From positions 76,673,359 to 76,737,358 of the forward strand of contig NC_092383.1 of NCBI RefSeq assembly GCF_030028105.1: a DNA stretch of 64,000 nt. The letters run 5' to 3'. Shown here one piece after another: positions 36,150-49,152 of this stretch. The number at the start of each line of letters is the position of its first letter. Position 1 is the stretch's first letter. A program made the translations under genes and the position numbers. The notes under the pieces were generated by a model. That model saw only the letters and a list, made by a program, of their open reading frames with translations. It searched no databases and was not told where the DNA came from. The stretch is from Mobula birostris (taxonomy: Eukaryota).

Positions 36150-38975
36150 CATGGTGGATTGAGGTAGAACAGGGTAAAACTATAACATGAAGTGTAACAA
36201 CTGAAGAGAGTACAGTGCAGGTACAAGGTCATAGTGAGGTCGATTATGAGCGCAACAGTCCATTTTATTGAACTATTCAGTCGTCATATAACAGCATAGT
36301 AGAAGCTGTGCTTGACTCTGGTGGAACATGCGTTCAGGTTTTTGTATCTTCTGTCTGATGGGAGCAGGGCGAAGACAGCATGCCCAGGGTGGGTTTTTTT
36401 TCGAGTAAGCTGGATGTTTTACTAATGGAGTTCCTGGAGGGGAGGCTGGTTTCCATGATGTTCCACATGCACGAAACAGCACACCATAATGCCTCCACCA
36501 TTGTTTTGGGGGATTTTAACCAGGCCAGTGATTTTAACCTGGAAAAATCACTAAGCAATTACTATCAACAGATCACTTGTACTACCAGAGGAAACAACAC
36601 ACTGGACCACTGAATGCCTACCAAGCCCTCAATTCAGGAAGTCTGATCACCTGGCTGTACTTCTACTCCCTGAGTTTAGGCAGAGACTGGAGACTGCAGC
36701 ACCAGTGGTGAGGACCAAGAAGGTATGGACAAGGGAAGCACAGGAGCGCTTACAGGATTGCTTTGAAACGGTGGACTGAACTGTACTCAGGGATTCACCT
36801 TCAAATCTGGATGAGTATGTTGCAATTGTTACCGACTTCAGTAAAACCTATGTGGATGATTGTGTGCCTACAAGGACATACTGTACATTCCCAAACCAAA
36901 AGTCATGGATGAACCAGGAGGTATGTCATCTGCTGAAGGCTAGATCTGTGGCATTCAAGTCTGGCGACCCAGGTCTGTACTAGAAAACCAGGTATGATTT
37001 GCGGAGCGCTATTTCAAGGGCGAAGAGACAATTTCGAACGAGGTTGGAGGCGACATCACACGTACGACAATTCTGGCAGGGTTTGCAAGACATTACTTCC
37101 TTACAAAGCGAAGCCCAATACCATGAATGGCAGCGATGCTTCACTACCAGATTAACGCCTTCTATGCTCGCTTTGAAAGGGAGAATATAACTACAGCTGT
37201 GAAGATCCCTGCTGCACCGAGTGACCCTGTGATCACTGTCTCTGAAGCCAAGGTTAGGCTGTCTTTAAAGAGGGTGAACCCTCGCAAGGCAGAAGGTCCC
37301 GATGAAGTACCTGGTAAGGCTCTGAAAACCTGTGCCAACCAACTGGCAGGAGTACTCAAGGACATTTTCAACCTCTCACTGCTTCAGACGCAAGTTCCTA
37401 CTAGCTTCAAAAAGGAAACAATACCGGTGCCTAAGAAGAATAATGTGAGCTGCCTTGATGACTATTGCCAGGTAGCACTCACATCAACAGTGATGAAACG
37501 CTTTGAGAGGTTGGTCATGACTAGAGTGAATCCCTGCCTCAGTGAGGACCTGGACCCATTGCAATTTGCCTATCACCACAATAGGTCAACGGCAGATGCA
37601 GTCTTCATGGCTCTTCACACGGGTTTGGACCACCTGCACAATACAAACACCTCTGTCAGAATGCTGTTCATCGACTATAGCTCAGCATTTAATACCATCA
37701 TTCCCACAATCCTGATTGAGAAGTTACAGAACCTGGGCCTATACCTCCCTCTGCAATTGGATCCTCGACTTCCTAACTGGAAGACCACAATCTGTGTGGA
37801 TTGGTGATAACATCTCCTCCTCACAGACAGTTAACACTGGTGCACTCAGGGGTGTGTGCTTAGCCCACTGCTCTACTCTCTCTAGACCCATGACTGTGTG
37901 GCTAGGCATAGTTCTAATACCTTCTAAAAGTTTGCTGATGATAGTCATTGTTGGTAGAATCTCAGATGGAGACGAGAGGGCGTATGGGAGTGAGATATGC
38001 CAACTAGTGGAGTGGTGTTCGCAGCAACAACTTTGCACTCAATGTCAGTAAGACAAAAGAACTGATTGTAGACTTCAGGAAGTGTAAGATGAAGGAACAC
38101 ACACCAATCCTCATAGAGGGATCAGAGGTGGAGAGAGTGAGCAGTTTCAAGTTCCTGGGTGTCAAGAAGAGATTTGGTATGTCAACAAATACACTCAAAA
38201 ACTTCTGTAGATGTGCCGGGGAGAGCATTCTGACAGGCTGCATCACTGTCTGGTATGGGAAGGCTACTGCACAAGACCGAAAGAAGCTGCAGAGGGTTGT
38301 AAGTATAGTTGGCTCCATCTTGGGTACTAGCCTCTTCAAGGAACAGTGTCTCAGAAAGGCAGTGTCCATTATTAAGGACCTTCAGCACCCAGGGCATGCC
38401 CTTTTCTCACTATTACTATCAGGTAGGAGGTACAAAAGCCTGAAGGCACACACTCAGTGATTCAGGAACAACTTCTTCCCCTCTGCCATCCTATTCCTAA
38501 ATGGATATTGAACCTGTGAACACTACCTCACTTTTTTAATATGTTATTTCTATTTGAGCACAATACTTAATCTATTCAATATATGTATATTGTAATTGAT
38601 TTACTGATTTTTTTTATTATTGTTTTTTCTTCTATAGCTGCAGCTAAGTTAACAAATATCACGACACATGCCACTGATAATAAACCTGATTCTGGTGTGT
38701 TGAACTGTAGCCACCACACTGTAGTTTCTTGTGGTCATGTGTATAGCAGTTTCCATATCAAGCTGTGGTGCATCAATAGGATCCTTCCTGTGGTGTATTG
38801 ATGAAAATTGATTAGAGACAATGGGGGCATGCAAAATTTCTATAGCTTCCTGAGGGACTAGAGGCATTGGTGAACTTTCTTGACAGTGGCATCTATGTGG
38901 TTGGACCAGGGCAGGCTATCAGTGATGTTCACTCCTAGGAATTTGAAGCACATGACCATCTCAACCTCAACACTG
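36150..38975 (-). mobile_element. Older Rex-type LINE fragment split into ~36150-36462 and ~38695-38975
   Basis: Minus ORF PTLGMLSSPCSHQTEDTKT-type C-terminus. The sequence appears to resume colinearly after the + strand insertion. Confidence 0.6.
36463..38694 (+). mobile_element. Rex1/Babar LINE, 5'-truncated and frameshifted (APE C-terminus, RT, 3' tail)
   Basis: APE motifs TIVLGDFNQA and CTTRGNNTLDH. RT motifs LDPLQFAYHHNRSTADAV and VRMLFIDYSSAFNTIIP. Tail gataataaacctgattctg. Confidence 0.9.
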
Positions 38976-40219
38976 TTTAACACATTTTGTAACATATTAT
39001 GCCCAGAAATTAATGCAATACTTCATTTGAGGCCTAGGTAGTGTTTAGGAGAGTACTTTCTCTTCAGTATGCAAAGGATCTATGCTTCTCTAAAACATTG
39101 TTTCAATCAGTTTTGTTAACCATGTTTATATAGATGTGTCTGTATATGTATGTTATATATCATAAAAATATAAACATCCACAGATCTTTTAACTTGCTAC
39201 TGTTTGTGGGGCCTAGCTGCAACACTTCCAACGTCACAAAAGTGATAGGACTTTAGTATTCAAATGTTTGTTATGTGATTTGGGAGTTCCGGGACTTGTG
39301 CAATCATGGCAAAAGTGCTTTCCCTGCTGAGAATCAATAATCAGGTGAGTGAAAATCCTTGTTCACTTTGTCAGATACAAGAAAACCAATAACAGCCTGT
39401 GCTAACCAGAACAAGGTGAAATGCTCTTCAGAAAAATAAAACTATGCAAGAAATTCACAGCAGATAATGGAGGGTGCAGAGTGAGGAAGAGAGAATTTGC
39501 CTGACATTTCTCACCTGTAGTTGTATGATCTGTTAGAGAAAACCGTTTGAAGCTCACGGCTCCATAGCTTCTTGGGTGGTGACCTCAGCTGATAATTGTG
39601 TGGGGTTTGCACACTGCCTGTTTCCTCCACATCACAAAGACATCTGCAAACTGCCCCTAGTTTCACTGGATGTCAGGAGAATTATGGAGGAGATGACAGG
39701 CATAAGAAAGGTTTACAAAGAAATAAGTAGAAAAATTAGATTAGGAACCCACCTAGATTTGAGCCCAAAGTATATCATGAAAAATATGAATTTCTACAAT
39801 ACACAATCATTTTAATATTACACTTCCTCTAATTGAGAACCTTTAGATAATGATGCAGATAACAGGGTGGACCTGAGAACAATAAACAACCTGCATATCA
39901 TAGAGTTTAATATAAACTAAAGCATGCGCATAGTGATAGTTCCTAAAAACTTTGAGAAAATTTGAAACCAAGTTAAAGAGCATATATTAGCTTGACAAAA
40001 ATAATTATTTCATGGTATATCTTCCAGAGCCTGAAGAATTCGTGCAATGAACTATAGCATCTGGGGACAAGGCACCATCTGCAGTTTAAGTGTTGGAAAT
40101 CAAGGATTTAGCGGAGGCTGGAAGTGCAAAAAGCTTGGTAGAGGGGATGAGAATGTTAAATTGGAATCAGTGCTTGGCTAGTAGTTGTTGCAGTCAGCAT
40201 CACTAAGTTAAGGGTATAA

Positions 40220-40410
40220 CAAACAAAGCAAAGTGCTGGAGGAATTTGCTAGGTCAGGCAGTATCTATGAAGGGGGATAAACAGTCAATAGTTCAGGCTG
40301 AGACCCTGCATCATTATTCCATTCCATGAATGCTGCCTGACTTGCTGAGTTACTCTAGCCATTTTGTATGTTGCTCTTGATTTCCAGCATCTACTGAATC
40401 TTTTGTGTTG
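40220..40410. mobile_element. Short palindromic PLE 3'-end remnant with a decayed minus-strand hammerhead (40282-40313)
   Basis: Arms gctggaggaatttgctaggtcaggcagtatctatg / catgaatgctgcctgacttgctgagttactctagc. The minus strand reads TGATGC-AGGGTCTCAGCCT-GAAC-TATT-GACTG. Confidence 0.7.
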
Positions 40411-43239
40411 ACAAATAAAAGAATGTACAGAGAGATGAAGAATTGGTTTTGGATATTTGCCACCTACAGTGGGACTTGCCGAAGTCATGATGGACTACAT
40501 GTGAACTGCACAAACAGTTGACAGTGCAAATTCACATCATGATATCTGAGTGCTGTAAATGTGCATTGATTTGGTTCACATTAAAGACCTCTATGATTAA
40601 ATGCAAGTGAATAGCAAAGATACTGCAGCAATTTAACCAGGGTTCTGTAAATATCTTCTGTTATTTGCTGTTTTTGTCCTTGAGTTAGGTTTTCTTATTG
40701 ATTCCCTTCTATCCTGAGTGCCTTAACCACCACCTGAGGTTCAAGAAAGCTTGATTTAAAACATTAAGTATATATTTTAAATCTTTGTTTTTGAAAGGTA
40801 TAACACAAGATTTTTCCTTGCCAAGACCTACATGCTGTTACTTTTTTCTTCTGTCCTGCAGTTGAAAGTTGTTCATGGGAATTTATTTCTAAGGAAATCT
40901 AGCCCTTCTGTCTCTTTAGCTTGGCTGTCAGAAAATACTGAGTTGTATTGTCTTTGTCTTAGTTCAGTAAGTAAAGCAATTAATATCTGCAGTGAGGGTG
41001 ACAAATGTGATGACCATAACAAAAAAGGTCATTTCCATTTTGTTGAATTATATTTCGTAATATGTGAATCATGCAGAAAGTATAAAAATGTAGTGCCCTT
41101 TAAACAAGTTTTATCTCAAAACGAGGGAATTCAACCCATTTTTATTGAGAAGAGATACAGCACCGAAACTGCCTCCAGTCTGTCAAATCTGTGCCAACTA
41201 TTAAGTTGCATTTTTATACTATTTATTTCTTTCCACATTCCCGTTAACTTGACCAGTCTCCGTGCATTCCCAGATTCTACCATGTATCTACATAAAGGAT
41301 GATTTACAGTGGTAAGTTAATTTAACAAGCTGTATGTTTTTGGGACACAGAAGGAAATAACAATGCCCATGGGAAACCTATATGATCACGAATGTGTGAA
41401 CTTCACACAGCAGCCAAGGTCAAGATTGAACCGAGGTTGCTTGTGCAGTGAGATGGCACCTTTACTCAATGTATTACTGTGTTGCCCCTTAAGCTCCACT
41501 TTTTTTTAATGGCCAGCTCCTGAACAATTTGGTCCCATTTTATTCCCTTTTTTCTTATCTCTCCTAAATCTACCTGCCAATCTTTAAAATAAAGGATATC
41601 TAGATAAATTTGGTCTGCCGTCCTGTCACAAATTTTATTTGCTGCTCCACACCTTACCCTTCTTTGATTTGTTTTCAGCTTTTATGAAGGGTTATTGACC
41701 AGAAATATTCTGTTTCTCTCTCTACAGCTGCTGCCTGCCTGGCCGAGTGCACCAACATCTGCAGGCTTTTTCCCCTTCACCTTACTTAAAGACCTACAAT
41801 ATTTGCTTCTCTTAATCATCATTTAAAAATTAGTATTTAATTGTCTGCCACAATGTGCTGAGATATCCAAAGTTCTATGAATAACCTTTCAATCTGGAGT
41901 TTGTTGTCTAGGCAAATGGGTCAGCTGGTTTGTTCACCAGACTCCTACAGATAATGAAATAATGCTGAAGTAAATCCATGTGCTAGTTAAGGAATGAATG
42001 CTAGCAAGTACCCCCAAGAAAACTTTTCTGGCCTGATCAAATAATGGTTTACCAGAACAGTTGACAGGGCCTCTATTTATATCTCATAGGAAAAATGATA
42101 GTGCACTCTTAGTACTATAGTAAAGCGTGAGTTGAGTTTATCCCCTTGATGATGGGGACTTGAATTCATGACCTCTTGACTCTGGTTGAAGTTGTACCTA
42201 TGAAAATATAGCCCATGTTACGAGCAAAGGATTTTTATTCTGCTGAATACATTTCATGATTTTGCTTTGTATCAGACTATAATGATAGTGTTAAGCTGTT
42301 GACTTGACAACTCTCAAGAGAAAAAGCTGTACTAAAATTTTTATTATGGGAAGCTCCCATTAAAGAAAGCTAGAAAGTAGGTCATTGCAGTTTTAATCAA
42401 AATCCTTTCAAGTCCTTTTGTGTGCATTGTCAAGTTCATCCTTTATTTTTGTAAATAAGATCAACTTTACAGACAGTTCCCTGCTTTTCACTCAAAGGTT
42501 GGAGAAAGGAGAAAAATAGTTGTCTGAATTCTGTACACATTCCATTCCATGACTTGCTAATCAACTGTAAAGTATTCCCATGACCTACTTACGAATACTG
42601 TATGTGACTGTACCTGTGTGATCGCACACCAGCGCTGTGCACTTTATGTAGCTAAAAATAGTGATCAACTGCTGTATATAGTTGACACAAAGGTATAGTT
42701 CTGCAAGATATTTATTTATTTTCACTATGCTATAAACAACCGATTAGCATAATGACATTTAATTTCTGGGTCCAGACTGCAGCATTCTTGCCAATATGTT
42801 ATATATAGTTTAGTTTTGCCTGTGGCCTTAGTAATGGATGCAGTTAGTACAAAATGAAGTGTCTGTAAACTTCATGACTTATCATGATGAGTACTAAACA
42901 ATATCGTTAAGAATAACTAGAACTGAAGTAAAATGTATTTGGAGCTGTTTTAAGTCCTTGCAAAAACAAAACAGTTCCTCTTTGCAGTACATTGTTGTGT
43001 GCATTTTCTGGCGTTTCAGGGTTTTTAATTTCTAATTTACTTTTCATAGTATGTATTTATCTTGTCTTATGTCAGTACAACATTGGTTCATGTACCATTC
43101 CTGAGACCTAACCGCATAATCCAGTCTTATATTTCATTACAGTACTGAAGGGATACCACACTGAGGATCTGCTGATTCAAAAGAAGCCACAAAATAAAAG
43201 TCATGGGTTGTTTTGAGGGAAGTAAGAGTATATGGTTCC

Positions 43240-43365
43240 CGTGACACAGATTCTGCAGATGCTGAAAACCTTGAGCAACCCACACAAAATGCCAGAACTC
43301 AGAAAATTCTATGGAGGGAAATGAACAACTGGAGTTTTGAAACAAGACCCCAAAATCAGGATTTT
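43240..43365 (-). mobile_element. PLE 3'-end remnant; others at ~10890-11000, 13525-13600, 41675-41770, 55500-55680 (all +)
   Basis: Shared gatgctgcctgacctgctgag..tccagcattttgtgtg-gttgc module with a decayed CTGATGA..GAAA upstream. Confidence 0.6.
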
Positions 43366-44714
43366 TGATTAATGTGCCAATGTCTTAGCAAGTGGGTTGG
43401 TAATTGCCAAGGGCATGAGTTGTTGTGGATGGAATTTTGAATTGGGAGTGATTGCAATGATGTTTGAAAGGGGAAGTAGTCAGGGACAACAGAGGTAAAC
43501 AAACCATTTATAACGAAGCAGGAAGTTAAGTTTGCTGTTTAATAGAAATTGGTCAAGGGTGCAGGAACAAGGTCTGATGGATGAGAGGTCGAGAGCTATG
43601 TCTGAAAAGAGTAGAGAGCTGGTGGGCGTGTAACAAAAGGCAAGGGGTTTATTTATTGACTATGAGAAAAGAGGAGACTACTAAGAATGTATTGATAGAT
43701 TGGAGTACTGATGAAGCAATCAAGAATCAGGTGTCATGTTAAAACTCCTGTAGCAGATCTGGGAATGAAAATGCAGCCATGAGTGGGAATCCTATGCTGG
43801 TGCACCTTTTACATTATGGAGCAAGAATATGAGCTTGCATGAACTCGGTGCCTTTAGATTTGGAGGAAGAATGCTAGGTATAATTAACTATCTTGTCTAT
43901 CGAGGAGAGCTGCATAACTGGAGACTGTTTTTTGTACAACTGCCTAAAAATAAATAATTACACCCATCTGTGGCTGTGTAGGTCAGAGCATGATTGTTGT
44001 ATGATTGTCTTGCATTCGTCCATGCATTCCTACCTGTGTTTGCCTCTTTCCTTCCTGGCACCATTCATTTTCAAATGTAAAGTATAACATTACTACATCA
44101 GTAGATTCATCATCCTTATGTTAAAGTCTTCTCTTACCAACACCACCTTACTCCTCTCTTCAGTATTTTTACTTCTCATAAATTGCTGCCTTTTTGCATC
44201 TGTCCTCTTCTGCTTTGTTCCACCTTCCCTCAAAGTACTGTGCTAGAATGGCTAATGCAATATGTCAGACACTTGTGGTGCTTATTCCACTCAACCCTCT
44301 GATAGTCTGTTTACTTGACAGTGAAGGTGACTTTCAGTAAAAGGATGCATGAAGGATTACACCCTAGAAGTTATTTTTAAATTGTCTTCAGTTTTCATTG
44401 TGTCTATTGAATTTGCCTCCCCTGGCTACATTTCCTCTGGTTTATAATGACTGATCTCATATTAATTTGAAAATGTGTTTCCTTTGTTGCATCACTATAT
44501 CCTCCTCTATCCATTAAAAATATTTCATAGTGAAGCCTTTTTTCAGGTTATGTTGATTAAGGTTACAGTATAAAAGACTCAAAGGGACTTTCTTATGCCT
44601 TGTTGAGATACTGTAGGTAATAAATCATGAATTTTTTTCTGCTTTGGTGAATGCTTTTCATGGAAGGGAAAAACAAATTAATTCAAAGTGCTTGCATTTA
44701 AATCTTAATCTAAT

Positions 44715-45100
44715 AAGACTATAAGACATCGGAGCAGAGTTAGGCCGTTTGGCCCATCGAGTCTGCTCTGCCATTCCATCATCACTGGTTTATTATTCTT
44801 TTCTACACCATTCTCCACCCTACTCTCCATCGCTTTTGATGCCCTTACTGATTAGCAATCTATCAACCCTGCACTTAAATTTGCCCAATGTCACCACTCT
44901 CTGGCTTAAAAAAAACCTCTTAATCTCTGTTCTAAAAGGACATCCCTCTGTTTTCTGAGGCAGTGTCCTCTGGTCCTAGGCCCCCCCACTATAGGAAACA
45001 AATTCCCTAGGCCCTTTCAGTATTTGATAGGTTTCAGTGAGATCTCCCTCATTCTTCTAAACTCCAGCAAGTACAAGACCAGAGCCATCAAACGCTCCTA
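44715..45100 (-). mobile_element. CR1 3' end with (TCTTATAG)-type tail
   Basis: taagactataagacatcggagcagagttaggcc, colinear with ~21440-21830. Confidence 0.75.
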
Positions 45101-47094
45101 TAATGGCAGCATATTGCTATTTGTGTTATCTTGCCGTGGATAGCTTATCCAGATATAACAATAGTAGCTGCCTTTTAAAACTGAGCCATTGATTACTAGG
45201 TCTTTTGGGATATCCCAAGGACGTTGTAAGACACTCTATAAATGTTTTCTTAGGATGGATCTTAATAAAATAGGAAACACAATCTAATGAATTATTTATT
45301 TATCTACCTCAGCAACCCTTTGTGCCATTCAGGATAATTCTTGAGTGGTGAGCAGAATCTCTTGGTTCTAAAAATTGCCACCACTTATAACTTTGCTTTT
45401 GGCACTTGTATTTAACAAGCACTATTTTCACTGAGGAAAGCAAATTTAATATGTACTTTTACTGTTTTTGAGGTCGGTGTCTGGGAAGTAAGATTTTGTG
45501 TTGTTCGAAGATAACTGTTAATATAGAAGAGTTAAAATTGTGTGAAGGGTAGTGAATGAAACCAGGTATATTCGCAAATCAGTATGTTTTGCTGGTGCTT
45601 TTTTACTATAGGCAGTTGATCCTGTTTCATGTTAGTCATGCACCAATAAGGTAAAAGCCCAAGAGAATTTCTCAGAATTGGGGGTAAGCAAACCCTTTTC
45701 ATTTCCACCTCAGATGTCCTTTCAGATCACCCTGCTTAACGTACTGCAGATTCCCATTATTCTTGATTCCCATCAGAGATGCATTTTTTAAAAAAAAACA
45801 AGCATGCATACTTGGTTCAAAATATTTAAAGTAACTCACTTTCCCTCTGGGAGTATTTAAAATGTAAATTTGACTTGTATGAAGTTTAAAATAAGACACT
45901 TCGAACCAGCATATTTTGTCTTAATTCAGAGTGTGCCACTCCTGACTCTGAAGTAGTTCTTAAAAGGTATTTTGTTAGTCATTGACAACAACTGGGAGTG
46001 TGGTGACATGCACTGGCTTACCATATTTATGCTATGGCCTGTTGTAGTGATATGGTTTTAGTAAACACAAAAAGCTCTCCTTTGGATACTATTCTCCAGT
46101 GATTTGTTTATAATAGGGAGAATTAGATTTGGCCTTGGTTTGGCAGCAGTATTCTCGCATTTGGATCGGGTATTAATGTGCAATGGTATTTAATTTGGGG
46201 AATTTATTACCGGTACTCTTCCTTTTGCCTTAGGGGCTTCAAATTCCACTAGTCACTTAAATCATCTAAAAACTCAACTGACACTTTAGTGCAGTACTTG
46301 GAGTGCTGCCTTATTAAAGGTACCATGATCCCAACCAACATTAAACCAAGGTCAGGTCTGCCCTCTCATAAGCACAAAGCAGTTCCATGGCACAAGTAGA
46401 AGAAAAGCAGGCAAGTTCATCTAGTGACGGCCAACACAACCAGCCAGCCAAACAGTTAGTTCTAACCTGCCCACCTCTCCCCTTTACTTTGTGCAATTTA
46501 TTTACTTCATTATATTATGATCAATTTGAAGTTCTTTGCAAGACTGGAGCATCAAATTTACTGTAGATACGCATGTAGACTTTCAAGTATGCTTCATAAT
46601 ATACCGCATAGTAGACGTTAAGAAAATTAAAGCCCATGGGAATAAACGGATTGTGGTAGCAGAAATGTGTATTTGGCTATGAACCAGAAAGCGGAGATAC
46701 ATGCTGGTTTTTCCAAACTGGAGGAAAATATTGAAATCATGTTTGTTTTTAGGGATTGAACTTAGAACCATGACCCTTTATGATGCATCCTAATATCTTG
46801 AACTCTCAAGTATAACCCAATTTCAACGTTTTTAAGTGACAAAGTACTCCAAAGTGCACAATCATAAGGCTACTAATGTACTTCCTGCGGGGTTAGCCTC
46901 ATGGTATGACAGCTAAATGCTTGTTAAGAGAATGATCAAAAACATTCCAAACTAAGTGACAGAGTCAGAATCAGGTTTAATCATTTACATACTATTTGTT
47001 ACATTTGTTTTGTGGCAACAGTACAGTGAAATACATAATAAAAAAAACCAGAGTACTATTATTATTTGTATGTGTGTGTGCGCGCATGTACACA

Positions 47095-49152
47095 CACACC
47101 CTATAAAAAGTATTCACCCCCTAGAAAGTTTTCATGTTTTATTGTTGTACAACATTGAATCACAATAGATTTAGTTTGACTTTTTTAATGCTGATAAACA
47201 GAAAAAGACTCGTCAAAGTGAAAACAGATCTCTACAAAGTGATCTAAATTAGTTACAAATATAAGCCACAAAATAATTGATTGCATAAGTATTCACCTCC
47301 TTCAAGTCAGTATTTAGTAGATGTACCTTTGGCAGCAATTACAGCCTTGACTCTTGTAGAAAGGTCTCTATCAGCTTTGTACATCTGGACACTGCAATTT
47401 TTCTCCATTCTTCTCTACAAAACTGCTCCAGCTCTGTCAGATTACATGGGGATCATGAGTGAACAGCCCTTTTCAAGTCCAGCCACATATTCTAAATTGG
47501 ATTGAGGTCTGGACTCTGACCTAGCCTCTCAAAGACATTAATTTTGTTGTTAACCCATTCCTGTGTAGCTTTGAGTTTATGCTTGGGGTCATTGACTTGC
47601 TGGAAAATAAATCTCCAAAGTCACAGTTCTCTTGCAAACTGCACCAGCTTTTCCTCTGGTATTTCCCTGTATTTTGCTGCATTCATTTTGCCTTTTACCT
47701 TCACAAGTCTTCCAGGGCCTGCTGCAGTGAAGCATCCTCACAGCATGATGAAGACACCACCATGCTTCATGGTAGGGGTGATGTGTGGTGTTTGACTTGC
47801 ACCAAACATAGTGTTTAGTCTGATGGCCAAAAAGCTCAATTTTGGTTTCATTGGACCATGTAACCTTCTTCCAGCTGACTTCAGTCTCTCACATGACTTC
47901 TGGCAAACTCTAACCAAGATTTCATGTGAGTTTTCAACATTGGCTTTCTCTTTGTCACTGAAGCTTGTAATTCCTTAAGAGTTGTCCTAGGTCTCTTGGT
48001 GGCCTTCATCTCCAATCCCCTTCTTGCACAGTCACTCAGTTTTTGAAGATGGCCTGCTCTAGGCAAATTTCCAACTGTGCCATCTCCTGGCTTGTGCTTT
48101 TCAAAAACTTTTCATGGTTTTGCTTGGAGTGTTCTTCTGTCTTCATAGAACATAGAATAGTACAGCACAGTACAGGCCCTTCGGCCCACAATGTTGTGCC
48201 GACCCTCAAACCCTGCCTCTCATATAAGCCCCCACCTTAGATTCCTCCATATACCTGTCTAGTAGTCTCTTAAACTTCACTAGTGTATCTGCCTCCACCA
48301 CTGACTCAGGCAGTGCATTCCACGCACCAACCACTCTCTGAGTAAAAAACCTTCCTCTATTATCCCCCTTGAACTTCCCACCCCTTACCTTAAAGCCATG
48401 TTCTCTTGTGTTGAGCAGTGGTGCCCTGGGGAGGAGGCGCTGGCTATCCACTCTATCTATTCCTCTTTATTATCTTGTACACCTCTATCATGTCTCTTCT
48501 CATCCTCCTTCTCTCCAAAGAGTAAAGCCCTAGCTCCCTTAATCTCTGATCATAATGCATACTTTCAAAACCAGGCAGCATCCTGGTAAATCTCCTCTGT
48601 ACCCTTTCCAGTGCTTCCACATCCTTACTATAGTGAGGCGACCAGAACCGGACACAGTACTCCAAGTGTGGCCTAACCAGAGTTTTATAGAGCTGCATCA
48701 TTATATCGCGACTCTTAAACTCTATCCCTCGACTTATGAAAGCTAACACCCCATAAGCTTTCTTGACTACCCTATCCACCTGTGAGGCAACTTTCAGGGA
48801 TTTGTGGACATGTACCCCGAGTTCCCTCTGCTCCTCCACACTACCAAGTATCCTGCCATTACTTTGTACTCTGCCTTGGAGTTTGTCATTCCAAAGTGTA
48901 CCACCTCACACTTCTCCGGGTTGAACTCCATCATGGTGTAGTTTTTGCCAGGATACTGACTCACCAACAATTTGACCTTTCAGATACAGGTGTATTTTTT
49001 ACTGCAATAAATTAAAACACCTTGACTACACACAGGTCTCCAAAAACAGATCTCCACTTAACTAATTATGTGACTTCTAAAACTAATTGGCTGCACCAGT
49101 GATGGGTCTGGTGTGTGATATTAAAGGGGTTGAATACTTTTCATAGGCACTA
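47095..49152 (-). mobile_element. Tc1/mariner DNA transposon with decayed transposase, interrupted by CR1
   Basis: Termini cctataaaaagtattcacccc (~47100-47120) and ggggttgaatacttttcataggcact (~49126-49151). Inner repeat aagtattcacc at ~47287-47297. Minus-strand PRAGHLQKLSDCARR..ATKRPRTTLKELQAS..KPMLK..LEFAR followed by a W(S)NETKIELFG and KHGG-like region. Confidence 0.9.
48147..48930 (-). mobile_element. Young CR1 3' fragment nested in the Tc1
   Basis: Little-decayed ORF LGVHVHKSLKVASQVDRVVKKAYGVLAFISRGIEFKS..LYKTLVRPHLEYCV. (TTCTATG)n tail. TCAT flanks both ends (48143-48146 and 48931-48934). Confidence 0.92.

Noticed and set aside
40832-41302. 156-aa + strand ORF
   Set aside because: It has no recognisable domain, runs into an antisense SINE and has no phase-compatible role in RSBN1.
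42884-42926. ATGATGA...CTGA resembling a C/D-box snoRNA
   Set aside because: The span is only ~43 nt, with no convincing terminal stem or recognisable rRNA guide.
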